A DNA stretch of 60,000 bases, counting the filler, from Sphacelaria rigidula (lineage: Eukaryota): assembly GCA_964200075.2 (NCBI GenBank). It is 9 parts of 9 records of this genome, joined end to end, with 100 filler letters (N's around TTAATTAATTAA, not from the genome) between each part and the next. Parts side by side here need not be neighbours in the genome. Positions count along the whole stretch, not along the records: positions 1 to 6,578 come from CAXNAA020019245.1; positions 6,679 to 13,256 come from CAXNAA020019246.1; positions 13,357 to 19,934 come from CAXNAA020019247.1; 6 more parts are not named here. One strand, given 5' to 3'. The notes below the pieces were generated by a model. That model was not told the DNA's origin. It saw nothing but the letters and a program-made list of their open reading frames with translations, and did not search any database. Position 1 is the stretch's first letter. Each line of letters opens with the position of its first letter. The position numbers and the translations under genes are program-made. Positions 1 to 13,884 of the stretch are shown piece by piece.

Positions 1-264
1 CGAGAAATGACTCGTGTGCTCTAGCCATCGCCTTTTTCCACAACGAGCGATGACTCGAGTGCTCGCCCTATTCATTTTTCGGCCAACGAGCAGCCCACCG
101 AGTGCGAGTGCCACGAGTGACACTCGTGCTCGTCCGTGTTTGTTCGCCTGTCGGTCATACAAATACAAGGCTTCCGGCGGCTTCCGCCGCCATGCCCAGT
201 AGATCGATTTCAAGATGCATAATTAGTACATAAAAGTTGCTCAGTTCACAACTTATGTATGTCC

Positions 265-1610
265 GGATGGCAATGTGTGGGGGTGTGCTGTGTCTTGAGG
301 TGTGTTAGCGAGCGTTTTGCGAGCAGGAAGCGAGACAGAGAGAAGAGAGAGAGAGAGAGAGAGCCCTCGGAACGTTGGCGGCAGATGACGTGTTCGAGCA
401 GAGAGGCCCGTCGCGCACGTGCGAGTCTTTATTGAGTAGGCTCGTCGTGTGTATGGCGTATGGACCCGGCATTTAGGCGAAGAAGTGGTTTGGAACTCTT
501 TGATCGTTTAACGTCAACATGGACGTCTTGCATGATGAGTCTACCCGCCCGACGTATGCAATCACTCTATTGCATATGCTGTATAATCAACAAACCCTAA
601 CCCTCACCCCAACGAAGACCTACCGGGGACCGTGAGGCAAAGGGGCTGAAAAGGATCCCCTAGGCAAAGTTTACGTAGCGAAACCTCAAATCGGCGCCTA
701 CGGCGCCGATGTAGACAAAAACGCGTTCTGCGCACGCTAGAAGCACGCTCCCCACTCAAGATCTGGATTCCGGTATCCACACTAAGACCAGGTGGAGAAT
801 TTCCACACCTATCAAGTGATGAACTCTACTGCTTCTCATGGCCCTGCACACACCCCTCTGGGAAAGTTCGGGGTATGTTTGTCATAGTTTTCCCGAAATC
901 GTTTCTTCTGGGACCTTTTCTAGGAGAGCACTTGTTCGAGATCGAGAGTATCTTCCACAGAGGTGCCTTTTCTGCCCATCTCGCTAAAAAAGTGGAATAT
1001 TTTTGGAGATATCCAGTTCGTCGGAAAGAGTATTCGTCAACAACACAGTACAGGCAGCACACGTACCGCGCACGGTGCAGCACCGGCATAAAGTACTCGT
1101 AGCCAGTATACCGCTGCGCAACGGTAGAGGCGGAGGACAGCCACAGCAGACTGCTGTGCAGTACATACATGTATGGACAAACGGCAGTAACATACTGTAC
1201 GGCATATGCTGAACGGTAGCAAAGACAGCACTACATCGGACATGGAAGCCCGGGTTGGGACTACAGACAGTACATAGCTGTAGACGAAGGGATTAATGCG
1301 GTGAAGATGTTCTTCGGCATGTGTGTAGATGGAGAGGTGATGGTGGTGGCGTGGTGTGTGAGTGTGTACCGAGGGTATGGCGCAAGTTTGATCGAGTGGT
1401 GGGGGAGCTCGGGAGCCAGAGAACCAAACGTTCTGTCTCCCAAATTATCGGAACGGACGAAGGGCTCGGATGGAAAAACAGATGTACTATTTTTTCAAGC
1501 GGACGAAAGAGTGGCCTGTGAGTGGCTAGAGAGCGCGTGAAATGCTGCGCCGTAAGACGTCGAGAGAAATTCTCCTGAGATTCAACGAAAATGTTGAAAA
1601 AATGCAAAAA
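265..1610 (+). repeat. Non-coding dispersed repeat shared with contig 2 (about 7185-9050)
   Basis: Collinear similar blocks: AGAGAGGCCC..GTGCGAGT (~400/7595), AACGTCAACA (~510/7704), AGATCGAGAGT (~939/8225), ATCGGAACGGACGAAGGGCTCGGA (~1448/8892). Confidence 0.7.
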
Positions 1611-2685
1611 CGTACTTCCAAAGCTTGAGCTAAGTTCTGACTTATCATTATATCGGCCGACCAGTCACTTTGAAATTCTGCGTGGCCCATGTAGTCCTGC
1701 AAGCAGCCTGTGGTGAAGTTTTTTGTGTGAGGTATAACAGGGTTACGTGACACATTTAGCGCTTCATATGACGAATGAAAACCTTCATCAATCGCGCGAA
1801 GTGGTAACATCTATATCACTGTTAGATGCATACCTACTACACGGGCTATGGTGCCTGATGGGAAAATAAACAACCCCCTTGCTACATGCTGTAGTATCCA
1901 CCGTGCCGTTGCATCCCCTGCGCACCACGAAAAGTGAGTGCGAGCGTCGAGAAATTAGCAATGAAGCACACCTCGGACAGATCAGGATCCGTCTCAACAT
2001 TAATTCTTGTCGGTATATTGATATGGATCATGATCCGGATCATTTGCCCCCCCCCCCCCCTTTCCATGTTCGCTCCTGGCAGCGCCGATTGCCGAGCACG
2101 CCGAGTAGCGCAAAGGTTGCGCTTTGGCTTTTGTGACTCCGCGGTCACATTCTTTGTGTTTTTGGACCAACGAATTCGAGAATCCTCTTTGATATGTTGT
2201 TTTAGACAGATCATGATCTGTGCGACGTTTGCAATGCAGGACCTTTACATTTGTGAAAACGTCCCCAAATTCGCACTTCTCAAGACAATTGCCTCCTTTT
2301 TAAAACATCGTGACATGTCCTCAATATTTCTTCAGTTTGTTGCCATTTTTTCGTCATATCTCAACGTTTTGTGTCATACATCACAACTAAATATAATGTT
2401 CTGGTTTCAAAACCCAGTGCACGTGCGGTTTCATGCGTCCCTTGGACAGCACAACTTGCCGTCGATATCCGCCTATAACCGATGTGTATGTCCCAATGTT
2501 CGTGGGCAGCATCAACGCCCATGCGCACATAAACATTGAGCCTGACTCTAACGTCAAATCAAATCCATAGCAAACCCTGAGCCTGAACTCACCCCATTGA
2601 CCGTCAGAGTACCTTCGTAAGGTGTACATGTAGGCTATGTAGATTGATGCAGCACACGTCCAGGCTAGTATGCATTGTTCAGGGT

Positions 2686-2862
2686 CGCGATAAAAAATAA
2701 AGGCAAGCACCGCAGAAGGAACGTGGGGTACTAAAAACAAATAAAAAGTAATAACAAAAAAAAACTCCTGTATTGACCTTTCTCCTGAGTAACCCCGGCT
2801 GGTGCGCCCACATATACCGAAAGGTGTAGACCGGCGTCCAGAATGGATGGGACGACAACACA
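2686..2862 (+). mobile_element. 5'-truncated copy of the tRNA-derived SINE family (3' body and tail)
   Basis: CGCGATAAAAAATAAAGGCAAGCACCGCAGAAGGAA...GGGACGACAACAC matches the copies at 13885 and 42861. Confidence 0.8.
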
Positions 2863-3426
2863 GGGTGAACATCTCTAGATTTTCTGCGTTGGTGCGATAT
2901 ATATCTGAACTGTCTGCGTTGGTAAGTTGGACATCTGAGCCAGTCTGTCTGGCCAATGTTGCGCCTGATGAGTGTCACGTTTTTTTATCGGCCCCCCGAG
3001 AAACGAGGCTTGGTAAATTCAAAGGAGTCAGCACTGCCAAAATAATTATCGTAGCCATGTAGTCCAAGAATTCCGACGCAATTAAACCCATCATAAGCTC
3101 ACGAACTAGCGACGGATATTGTACAAACCAGTATAGGATATGTACTCATTGTGTAAATGTGATGATCATTTTTCATTTTGGCCTTCTCGCACGCGATCCT
3201 ACAAAACTCAGGGTTACCCTACCGTACGCGCACTGTCACTTGACACATTATCTGTCCTTTTGTCAGGGGGCGTCGTTGGCGACTACGTCATGCGCCATAC
3301 CAGATGATGCGATAGTTACAGAAACACATACTACGGTGGCGTATAGTAAGTGAAGGCTCGGCGCCAAATATATATTTTTCGGGCGACTGAAACGTTCTAC
3401 AGCTTCCAAAAACCGCATCAATGAGG

Positions 3427-3830
3427 GTGTCACGCAGGAGAAAAAAAAAAAACGAAAATATGTATGTTTTTCTTCGTAATGAGTTTTGCCTTAATATCCA
3501 TGATTTTGGACGTTACCCTTGGGCTTGCTCGGGTTTAACTTTTGAACGAATATTTCACTGTAGAATCGTCAATTGTGATAAGAATATAACACCCGATGGC
3601 TTGAAATAATAGTGTGGGTAAGGCTGTCACGCAGGAGAAACCAAAACGAAAACGTAATATTTTCGCAATGGATTATGCCTTCATATCCACGATTTTGGAC
3701 GTATAGTTTACCGTAGAATCATCAATTTTGATTGGAATATAACAACCGATGGCTTGAAAAATCCGTATGGATAAGGGTGTCGTGCAGGAGGAAACATCAC
3801 AGGAGAAAAATATTTTACTAATAAGTTATG
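3427..3830 (+). repeat. Diverged tandem repeat, about 3 units of 150-200 bp
   Basis: Recurrent TGTCACGCAGGAG(A) starts at ~3429, ~3625 and ~3778; shared GATTTTGGACGT and CCGATGGCTTGAAA. Confidence 0.7.
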
Positions 3831-4285
3831 CCTTAATCAGTGTTATGCCGGAAGAAGAAAAAATAATTATTCGGAACAGAATCCGACATCTTTTCGCCCC
3901 GATACGCACGCACCCACAACGCAACCCCAGATTCAGCAACATGAGGTTGTTGCCTGTGGTCTACATGACATGCGGGCCAAGCTTCAGCGCGTAAAAGTGC
4001 TGACAGCGCGTAGACGGCCGTGCCTCCTGAATTTAGCACCCCTACAGATGGTAGGAAGATGTGTACCGCACATGATTTCATGATCCGGAATGTGTACAAA
4101 TCCAGATCGATGTTCGCTTAACGACGCAGAAGCTGCGTAGTAGGTCATGACGCGGAAGTGAGTGCACACGCGTGTCAACATATGCATCCAGCGATGTCTC
4201 ACGCAGTCTGGTCTGCAGGGACGCCGTTTTGAGGGTGTATGGACAGCATAACCCCAAATCCGTGTTCGCTCTGTTCTTAATGCGC

Positions 4286-4330
<45 letters not shown>

Positions 4331-6458
4331 CGGTTGTCTGTCTGTTCTGTGGTCCGTGTCCCGTGGTGTGCTGGTCGGTTGTGNNNNNNNNNNGGATTTC
4401 GACGGTGGGCCTTTCCAATCAGGGGGGTAGGGAAGCAAAACCCCCAATCCCGGGTTCCTCTGTTTTTTAAGCCCCCCCCCCCCCCCCCCCCATCACGTGC
4501 CGCTGAACAGCGTGTATGTTGTGTGTACTGTGCTGCACCTATGTGCCAAGTTTGAAGGCAAATGTTGTGGACACGGTGAAGAAATTCACAAAGTAACGCT
4601 TCAAAAATGGAAAATGTAGTACCGAACCATCGAAAGGTATATGAGGTGCGGTTACGCCGCATATCACAGATGCGGTGAGTTACCGCCGTCCTATTTGCAG
4701 CCCTTCGTTCACTCGCCACCCAGTACGACGACAACTAGTGCAGAGTCCGCGAATTCTTCGGGTCGTGGGTGCGATAGCTCACCCTCCGATGGTTTCTTGT
4801 ACCAATAGTGTTAACATCAAGAAACACTACGAGCTGAGGTATCGCGCAGATGCGAAACTGCACCCCAGTGCGGCTGTGTGTCCACGCGACATATTCAGTC
4901 GATGCCGTCACAAGGGTTGGGTTTACGGAACGCCTTCTTGTCGGATAACTTTGTTGTATCCATGGAAAGTATCTCTGTTTGGCCACTTATCGCGTGTAAG
5001 AAAGTATTTCGGTGGAAATCGCCTGTTTCACCCTCCCAAATGACCCCGAAGATGAGGTTTAGGCGGAGGTTGACACCTCGGAACGATCGTATCTTTTCGG
5101 TGATACTGTTTCGTGGCGATTTTTTTGTCCAATAGTTATGTCACGGTTCTAGTCGTGCCCGAAATTACCATCTCAGCAAGAAGCGGCCAACTCAAAAAAC
5201 ATATACGAAGAAAAAAAAACGATTTTGCTTTCAACAAAGGAAAACGAAAGTGTTTTTAACAACTTGATCGTTTGTTACTGGAATTGCAACTCCGGCCGTG
5301 AACGAAACTGTCGCGTACACGATACGCAAAGGTCCTCGGGTCTTCATTTTTCTTGTTACGTGACCGCCCCTGTTATGGAGAGTGCGGGTTCGGCCACAAA
5401 GTCTTGCGGGGGTTCTCAAGGTCCTCTACAACGGTGTCCACGAAGAAAGCTTGTCATTCGGAGGTGCCAACATCCGCTCAACCCTCTCGTCGGCTGGAAA
5501 TCGACAGCGAAATGCCAACAGCCAACCACATGAATGTTTCACACCTCACAAATAGCCTTGGGGTCAAGACTTAACGGTAGCACTTTCGGCGGGCTTTGTA
5601 AAAAACGAAGTATAACATTTGTCGGATATTGCAGTTCCGCAATCACTAGAACACGTACATAGACCAACGCAGGCGAAAACTGTCACAGCGTATTTTTTCC
5701 AGGTGATACCAGCCCCGTTATGGTCGGGGCCTTCACTGCATACATCCCCGAAATTAACACCGAAGACATAACGAAGCCCAAAAAATCCCATGATATGACA
5801 TCGCAAGAGGTCACGTCAATGATACTTTTTGTTTGGGGAGAAGAACGCATGACTCTCGCAATTCTAGCGCCGGATGCTTTTGCTATTTCCAGGGAGTAAC
5901 ATGTTGGAGGAACCTGCACAAGTACCGGTATCCCTTTCAAAACGCACAGTGTCCGCAGGAAGAACACCCGCCCTCAACACTCAATACCCTGATGGTATGA
6001 CCACTGCATCCTGCGCAGCGGCGAGCGGTTCAGGCCGCAAAACCGTTCGGGAAAATGTCGACCGCCCACATCAATACGCACGACGCGCCGGCGTCGTTCG
6101 ACACCCAACAACTCCCCGGACTTTGATGAGAAAAAAGACGAGAGGAAATCGCGCCCGTCGACCCCTCCACCGCCGCCGCCCCGGGCACATCTACAGATAT
6201 TGCACGGAGATGTCGAGCGCATAATTTGAAGGACAGCCGATCCTTTATTGAGCCCACATTACAGCCTACGTGTACATGGTCTCCATCCATCCGCGATGCA
6301 GCCCGTGGCAGCCTTACGGTCTGGGTTCGCCGCTGTTGGTGCACCTGAGGCGAAATGTAGCGCACACTGTGGTGAATAGACGCAGAGAGGGTCAGCGAGC
6401 CTGAGTCGTGTTCCTTTCGACCCGGGGGGGGGGTAGGAGGGTGGCGACGGCGGCGAGG

Positions 6459-6578
6459 AGGGGGGTACTTAGATCATTCATCTCATAGTCATAAGACCAT
6501 CGACCTCGCACGCCTACAAAGTCGGGACGGAGCACACCGGGTTTTCGCCGGGCCAGGCTCGCACTCGAAACCAAGGGG
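6459..6578. repeat. Short dispersed G/C-tailed repeat; other copies ~13002-13110, ~13196-13256, ~39557-39645 (same strand) and ~9812-9891, ~34130-34213 (opposite strand)
   Basis: Conserved core GACCATYGACCTCGCAYCCCTACAAAGCCGGGACGGAGCACGCCGGGTTTTCGCCG next to a G-run. Confidence 0.85.
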
Positions 6579-6678
6579 NNNNNNNNNNNNNNNNNNNNNN
6601 NNNNNNNNNNNNNNNNNNNNNNTTAATTAATTAANNNNNNNNNNNNNNNNNNNNNNNNNNNNNNNNNNNNNNNNNNNN
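6579..6678. other. Artificial contig linker N44-TTAATTAATTAA-N44; same linker at 13257-13356, 19935-20034, 26613-26712, 33291-33390, 39969-40068, 46647-46746, 53324-53423
   Basis: Eight identical 100-nt spacers with stop codons in all six frames. Intervening segments are 6578 bp (first seven) then 6577 bp, consistent with size-sorted unplaced contigs. Confidence 0.98.
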
Positions 6679-7514
6679 GTTCAATAACAAAAAGACTAAG
6701 GCAAGCAACAAATGAGTACGCCCCCCCCCCCATTGGCGCCTGCTTTTGTCACAGATGAACTTGTTACTTTTAAACGAAGTCTAGAAATCTTTTGGTGGGC
6801 GGGGGGACACTTCCGTTTGATTTTTTTTTTTCGAATGCCACGTTGAAGGCGCCATGCTTTTTTAAAAAAGGAAAAGGAAAATTGAAATGAAGATGAAGGT
6901 GCCGACTTCTTCACTTGGCTACAAAAGCGACATGCTAGATCAAATTCTCAAAAAGTGATGATCAAACTGTGCATGGCTGCCATAAACATTTACCTCGAAT
7001 AACTTTCAACCACGGCTGGGTTTGTCGAGGACCAGTTAATGTGCGACAGTCAATCAAATCAAGCAATCCTATCCCATACAAGCTTTTTCGGCGGCTTCCC
7101 ACGACGTACATACTCAGTAAATTGATTCGAATATATATTGATGAAATGCATTGAAAATTGCCCCGGACACGTGTAATATGTGTTTGGATGGCAGTGTCTT
7201 GAGGAGTGTGTTGTGTTAAGGTTTGTGATCGAGTGTGTAGCGAGTGTGTATTGAGTGCGCAGCCAGTGAGCACACGTCGAACAAGTCATCTCATACAACT
7301 CATTTCCGTACAATCCAGCTGTTGAGATGTACGAAGCACTGTATAACGCAGCGCTATCTATTCCCACTGGCAGAGCTATATTGTATAGCTCAGCGGTACC
7401 ATTAGCTGAACTGTGCTGTATAGCTCGGTGGTACCTTTTCCCACTGGATGGGTCATATCACAGTTAACTCATGAGTTGTACGACATGTGCAAGTGTGTAA
7501 CGAGACAGAAATGA

Positions 7515-7556
<42 letters not shown>

Positions 7557-9196
7557 AGCCCCCGTGACGATGGCGGTGTATGATATGTCCGGACAGAGAG
7601 GCCCATGGCGAAGGTGCGAGTATCCATGGTGGAGGCCGTCGGGTGCATGTCGTGCGACCCCGGCGCGTAGGCGAAGGTGTAGTTTCAAACCCTGTGGTCG
7701 TTGAACGTCAACACGAACGTCTACCATTCGAAGTTCTACCGTCCGACGCATGCGCTATCACCCAGCTGTGTGTACACTGTATCACAAACTGTATACTTCG
7801 TAGATGATGATGAAAAAATGCGCAGTTTTTTTCTGGATCTTTTTTTTATTTATTTCCTCATGCGTTATTATAGGTAGCTAGCCTGTGACTACGGGAGGCA
7901 TCCGCATCAGATGCCCAGTACAAATGTACCGCGCAGATATCGGAACGGTTTTTAATGTGAAAGCAACAACAACAACAACAACAACAACAACATCGAACAA
8001 TGCTCGAAGCATGCCATGACGCGTACCTCATATGTTGGAATCCAGGATGTGATCTCGCTCGTTCAAATAACGTGGGGAGAATTTGAACTCCGGTGTGTAC
8101 AACCCCCTCAGGCCGCTTATTTTGGTCTCGACAAAACCTTTCTGGAAAGCGCTCGGGTGATTTTTCAAGAATTTTCTCATGGAGCCGTTTCTCGAGGTAT
8201 CTCTTCTGGGAGAAAAGTTGTTCAAGATCGAGAGTGTCCCCCCGGAGATATGCTATCTCCGCCCTTCACGTCGAGAACTGTAGATTGTTTTCGGAGAGAC
8301 CAATTTTTCGTCGGGAAAAGGGTTGATCTAAATCGCTTCCCATCGAGCACGGTGCAGTTAGCTGTGCAGACGGCATATACATGGTGCACGGGTGCGCACA
8401 ACAGTTCAGAGAGCACACGCAGTGTGTACGGTGCAGCAACGACAGTGTAATGCAGCCAGCATCCCGCTGCGCACCAGTGCAGGCGGTAACACACACCCGC
8501 AGTAGACAGCTGTGCAGTGCATGCATGCACAAACAGCAGCAGCAGCACACTGTACGGCACAGGGAGTACGGTAGCAGAGACCGAGGAGTAATAGACACTC
8601 CTGATCATGTCCATCTCAGCGGTACATGGTGTACCTTTCCGTCGGGGAGTGAACATGTGCCATCGAGCGCCCAGTGACGACGGTTCCCGCAAGATGACAC
8701 TTTTTGAGAGGACGTTTCATTCGCCTCTTCCTCCTCATCCTCTGTGTACTTTATCCTCGCAGCGGTCTCTCTCTCGCATGCCATGCGTTCTTTCTCCGCT
8801 GCTCGCCATCGTCCTGCCTGTCGCAATCACCATATGGTGCGCGCACACAGCACCGACCAGCCTACAGCACAGAAGAGATTGTCCCGGAATGATCGGAACG
8901 GACGAAGGGCTCGGACGGGAAAAGACGTGTACTCTACTTTCACGCGAACGAAATGATTACCCGTGAGGGCGCCAGAGCTGGCGAAATGCTGCCCCGTCAG
9001 ATTTCGAAGGAAATTTCTCGTGCACTCCGACGAAAATTCTAATGTAAAAAAGGTTGTGAATATATTCTATATATTTTATATTTCAAGAACAAGAGCGGGT
9101 AGCACACAACACACGCCACACACCACCCTGCAACGATCATCGTAGACACCCGAGAGCGGATGAGGGCAGAAAGTGGTGAATGTTGTGCCATGCTAG

Positions 9197-9329
9197 GGTT
9201 TTGGCAGCGATGTCCCCACTGCGAGCTCTCGAAGACCCTGCGAGAGGTGACCGAGCAATCATCAGCAGTCATCTTGCGCGCAGCATGAAGTCACGGGAGG
9301 TGCTGCCGCAGCAACCGGTACAGTGCGAG
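9197..9329 (+). CDS. Possible internal exon of an unknown gene (VLAAMSPLRALEDPARGDRAIISSHLARSMKSREVLPQQPVQCE)
   Basis: TAG acceptor, GAG|GTATCT donor, open frame, phase compatible with the candidate exon at 10221. No recognisable domain. Confidence 0.3.
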
Positions 9330-10220
9330 GTATCTTTCCCAATACAGAACGCTTTTTTTTCGTGAAGTTGCAGCCGACCTTCGCAGCCGAAAACAAGTGT
9401 AATGTTCGTTGAGTTATTGGCGCCGACGTGGATCACCGGGACTCCTGAAATTAGTAGCACCTAATCGTAGTTTTCCCGTCACATGAATCGCGAATTGTCC
9501 CAACAAGTCAGTGCTGCCACTTGCACCAAAAGCACCATGTGGTCGCTAGGAGCAGAGGCGTGGTGTCGTGATTTATGCGTGAGTTTCATCAAACCATGGC
9601 GGACAAGAAATAAGCAATCGGAAGCTGGTACAATAGGAAAAAGTATACACCAACGCATACATGAACGACGACCCCGACACTTTTGATTGATTGATTGTCG
9701 CACTTTAAGTGACCCCCCCAGGGATCCAGCCGTAGTAATATGATAGACGTACCCCCAAAATTAACCAATCCCTGAATAAATGGAGAGGGAGAAGGCTCGA
9801 CGATTACGCTGGGAGCCTGGTCTGGCAGAAACCCGGCGTGCTCCATCCCGGCTTTGTACGAACGCGAGGTCAATGATCCTACGACTATGGCAGAATTTTA
9901 TTACACAAATTTAAGTTTAATAATAACATTGTTTATTCTGATAAGGATGAGTTGATGAGCTATTGAATTTATTTCGAAAATATTGTGTTTTTTTTTTCAA
10001 TATAGGCACTTTTATTGTTCATATACTTGAAGTTCAAGAGGAAAGTGTATTCGCTCCGCGTTTGAGTGCAAGTGCACCTTCCTTTAACTACGACCTGCAA
10101 CAATCATGAGTACACCCCCTAGATGAATGAGCAAGCCATCGAGTGGCTTGGCGACCTCTCTGTACCAACGTCAGCCACTCTCTTTGCCCCCTCCCCTCCT
10201 CCCCCCCTCACTATAAACAG

Positions 10221-10404
10221 GCCGAGTCGTGCATCGCAGGGGGAGTGAAGCCCCCTCCCGCCGCCGTGTTCCGAGAGCTGTGCCTTTCTCCTTGGGCATA
10301 CGTTTGCCACGTGATGGGATTGACGCAGGCCCTGTCCAGTGTGGTGGCAGCCGCGGCGGGACTACATGCGGTGTGGCCGGTCCGCGGTCCGACGGCTCTT
10401 GCAG
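10221..10404 (+). CDS. Possible internal exon of an unknown gene (AESCIAGGVKPPPAAVFRELCLSPWAYVCHVMGLTQALSSVVAAAAGLHAVWPVRGPTALA)
   Basis: Pyrimidine-rich tract then AAACAG acceptor, GCAG|GTGAAA donor, GC-rich open frame. Confidence 0.35.
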
Positions 10405-13400
10405 GTGAAACGACCAAAAAAAAAGTGGGAAAAAAAACCGAAATGGCATAGTAAAGTGATCGATTGATCGTCTGATGGAATGAATGCAATGGTTGGTTCT
10501 TTCGGTTGGGTTGATCTAATAAATGGTTGAATCGTTTGGGTAGTTTTGAAATTTTTGGACCAGATCAGTCCTGTTATTCGTATTCTTCTATTATAGCGCT
10601 TTTGTCCCTTTTTTTGTGTGTGTGTGTGTGCTTTTTTTTTCTCCGTCTGAAGATTTCACTAGTTTTTCCAAGACTCCAAAAGTACAGGTTTATGGGGAGG
10701 GGGGAGCGGTGGGATGTTTGTTCCGGTAACATTGTCGTGGTGCCATCTAGTGGTACATATCTTACGGAGAACGACCTCAATCCTCAAGCCTTCCTCTGCA
10801 ATTGCTGAATCCCGAAAACGAGAGAGAGACAGGGAGGGAGACAAACGGGGAGGGAGGAGGGAAGGCTCTCGTCGTGTGCTGAGGGGAGCGTTCCCGATTT
10901 TTCGATCTTGTACGATGTATGCTCGCTGGTTCGTACTGCAATAGTGTATGTGGCTGCTGTTCGTTGAGTCTATGTGTACCCTTCGGGTTCGTCTGTTTTA
11001 TTTTGTCTCGTCATCCTCTTTTGGTTATGAATCCACGTCTTGTGCTGTGCTGCATCAAGCACTGTACCGAGTCCGGCGAAGAACAGGAACTATCTGGAAC
11101 TGAAACGCCTATTCCGGTGCTTGAACTATTATTTTCAAGGGGTACGGGGGTGGCTCGAGAAGGGAAAATACGGCAAAGTCTAGAGAGGAGCTTCCCGCGT
11201 GCTCTCACGTTTCTCGCCTTTTTTGTTCGCTGTTTTTATTGTGTCTTTTCGCCATAATATTGATTATCCCCATCTGCAACGGTTTTGGGTGTCCCTATCC
11301 TCTTCCTTTTCGTTTCCATTCCTTCGCTTTACTTTCCTGTCTTTTTCTATATTTTGAATATAGACAGTGTACATATATCGTCTCTCTTCATTCACTTAAC
11401 CCCGTCTGTTCTGTAGTTTTTTTTCAAGTCTTCTCCCTTTGTCGACTTTCCCTCAGCGAGGAATGTTCCTGTGTTGAATAGTTCCTCGGGTACCTCAACC
11501 TCGGGTGACCACGGCTGCATCCCTCTGGGGTTCGTCAGTTTGCGACAATTAGTCTCACCAATTGCTCGTGCCCGTAAATGTGACTTCGGAGCCGAGCTAG
11601 GAGTTTATCTCACACAAAACGTTCGTACAGTATCTATGGCTTCCTCCGAATCAGCCCGGTCTTGAGTACTGAAAGAGTGGGGTTCTCTGCGGTACTCTGC
11701 GAAGCTGTCACGACTTCCCTCGGAATTTTACCTCGCGAGAATCAAGATTCGAAAAAAAATGACACACTTGCTACGCGGAGAACCACAGTGAAGTAAAGAC
11801 ATGCCAGATGAATTAGACGCATCACAAGGCAGTAACGGAGAGGAACGATTTGGCGGAGTTGAACTATGCTGAGGGTGAGGTAGAGTATGCAGCATGTAGT
11901 ATGCCCATGGTGATTTTGAGTGGTAAACGGAGGTCGGAGCGGCTCGTGTTTTTTTTTGGGGGGGGGGAGTACTTATTCGGTGCTTGCCTTAGTTGTTTGA
12001 CCAGTGACCACGCATCCATTTCGAGATGGAGCAGGGGGGGGGGGAGGGGTTGAGCCTGACCCTTCCACCGGCAGGGTAGGCGATCTGTTGAGTCGGCACC
12101 ATTTTCCCTTCTTTGTTTCAAGGCCGCGTACATGGTGCCGATTCAACAGATTGGCTATCGTAGCTGTCGAAGGGTCATACGGAGACTTGACATGAGGGTA
12201 TTGTTTCCTCACGGACGTTTACCATCCTCGCAGTACTGGTCCAAATTGGGCGGTTTACTCCACGGTGAACATTCCAGGGGAAAGCCCTGGAGATTTGCAC
12301 CCAAATGCAGGACCTGTCCGTTCCCCCCTCTCCCCTATCTCGATTGAAATTAGGCGTGCACTCCGAACGAGTATGCTGCTGCAGTTTCTCATGTGCGAAT
12401 CCGTTTTTGTTTGCTCATATTCGATTTGTTGTGCGATATATCCTTGGCGAAAGCTGTTCGGAAGGCGTTTGCCTCGTCCCCTGCCCCTCTTTTCCTCGTT
12501 CTGTGAGACGTTGCCGGGCGTGTTCTTTCATTTCCTTCCCTTCCCCCTCCTCCCCCTCTATTTTTGTTTCCCCTCTCTGCAATTTACTTCTAGCGAGTGT
12601 TTCCATGTCTTTTTACCGTGAGTACGTCTGTGGTGTGACCAAGGCTAGATACGTCGCCGATCGTTTCATGTGCGATGATGAAATAATAATTAGACGAATA
12701 AATGAATTAATTAATCAATGAATCAGAGGATGAATCAGGGAATAAACCAGGGAATGAATCAACACATCAATAAATCAATGGCTCAATGGCTCAATGACTC
12801 AATGACTCAATGGCTCAGCGGTGTGAATGCCGAAAGGTTGCTCTTAGAAATTGCAATCATTATAATATACATGCAACTGTATTGAGTGGTCGGCTGTGAA
12901 TCCAGTGGTGGTCGTGTTTAGCCACAACATGGACGTACGTGGGCCAAGGTAGTGCGTGAACAGGAACGCTCTATCTCTAAAGGGAACCTGAGAGGGAGGG
13001 GGTGGGGTGTACTCATGATCTTGCATGCCGTAGTCTTGGGACCATCGACCTCGCATCCCCACAAAGCCGGGACGGAGCACGCCGGGTTTTCGCCGGACCG
13101 TGTTCGCAATCGCCAAGCGCGAAGCGCCTTGATGTGCTCGGCAAGTCGAATGAGGGGTGATCTGCGATCTACGAAGATTGTTCGGTAGAGAGAGGAGTGG
13201 GTGTACTCATGATCATGCATGCCATAGTCATAAGACCATTGACCTCGCATCCCTACNNNNNNNNNNNNNNNNNNNNNNNNNNNNNNNNNNNNNNNNNNNN
13301 TTAATTAATTAANNNNNNNNNNNNNNNNNNNNNNNNNNNNNNNNNNNNNNNNNNNNTAATCCTCCGGGTTCTCATCCTCAATGAAAAGCACCATCCTCAA

Positions 13401-13884
13401 CATAGATGATCGGCTGTTTTTAGCTGGTTTTGGGGGGGGGCTATCGTAGGAAGTGTCGACCACAAAATTTAAAGCATTTTTACAGGACTTTATTTTTGTT
13501 TGCTATCAGAAGCGACCTTATATAGTCAGGAAGCAGGTTCTCTGAGGACCGCCCTTATCATCAGAAGTCTGCGCAATTCGTAATTCCTTAGATACTTGGA
13601 GATTTTCCAAATTTCTTTCGCTTGCCACCGCTTATCACAGTGATTGTTGGATGCCAAAAAATGGACATCTGGAGATGTGAGAATTCTCTTCACAATTATC
13701 GAAAGAAAAAGTTCTGCAATCAATATTGAGCGACTTACGGTCTTGACCGATCTTCGGGGGTCCTGCGAAAGTGCAACCCATGTTCCATATTTTCAGTATT
13801 TTCGGTGAACCGACTCGATTTCGATCATATATATATGTGAATAAACAAAAAAGGTTAGTTTTTCGAAATTCCATCTGTCATCCA

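Noticed and set aside
2960..3010. Hammerhead ribozyme core (CTGATGA...GAAAC)
   Set aside because: Could not form stem II or the flanking stems by eye.
5350..6370. Coding-looking region in contig 1
   Set aside because: Only short ORFs on both strands; no recognisable motif or consistent splice model.
6623..6634. Regularly spaced TTAATTAATTAA as a biological periodic motif or CRISPR-like repeat
   Set aside because: Always centred in 44+44 Ns; it is an assembly linker.
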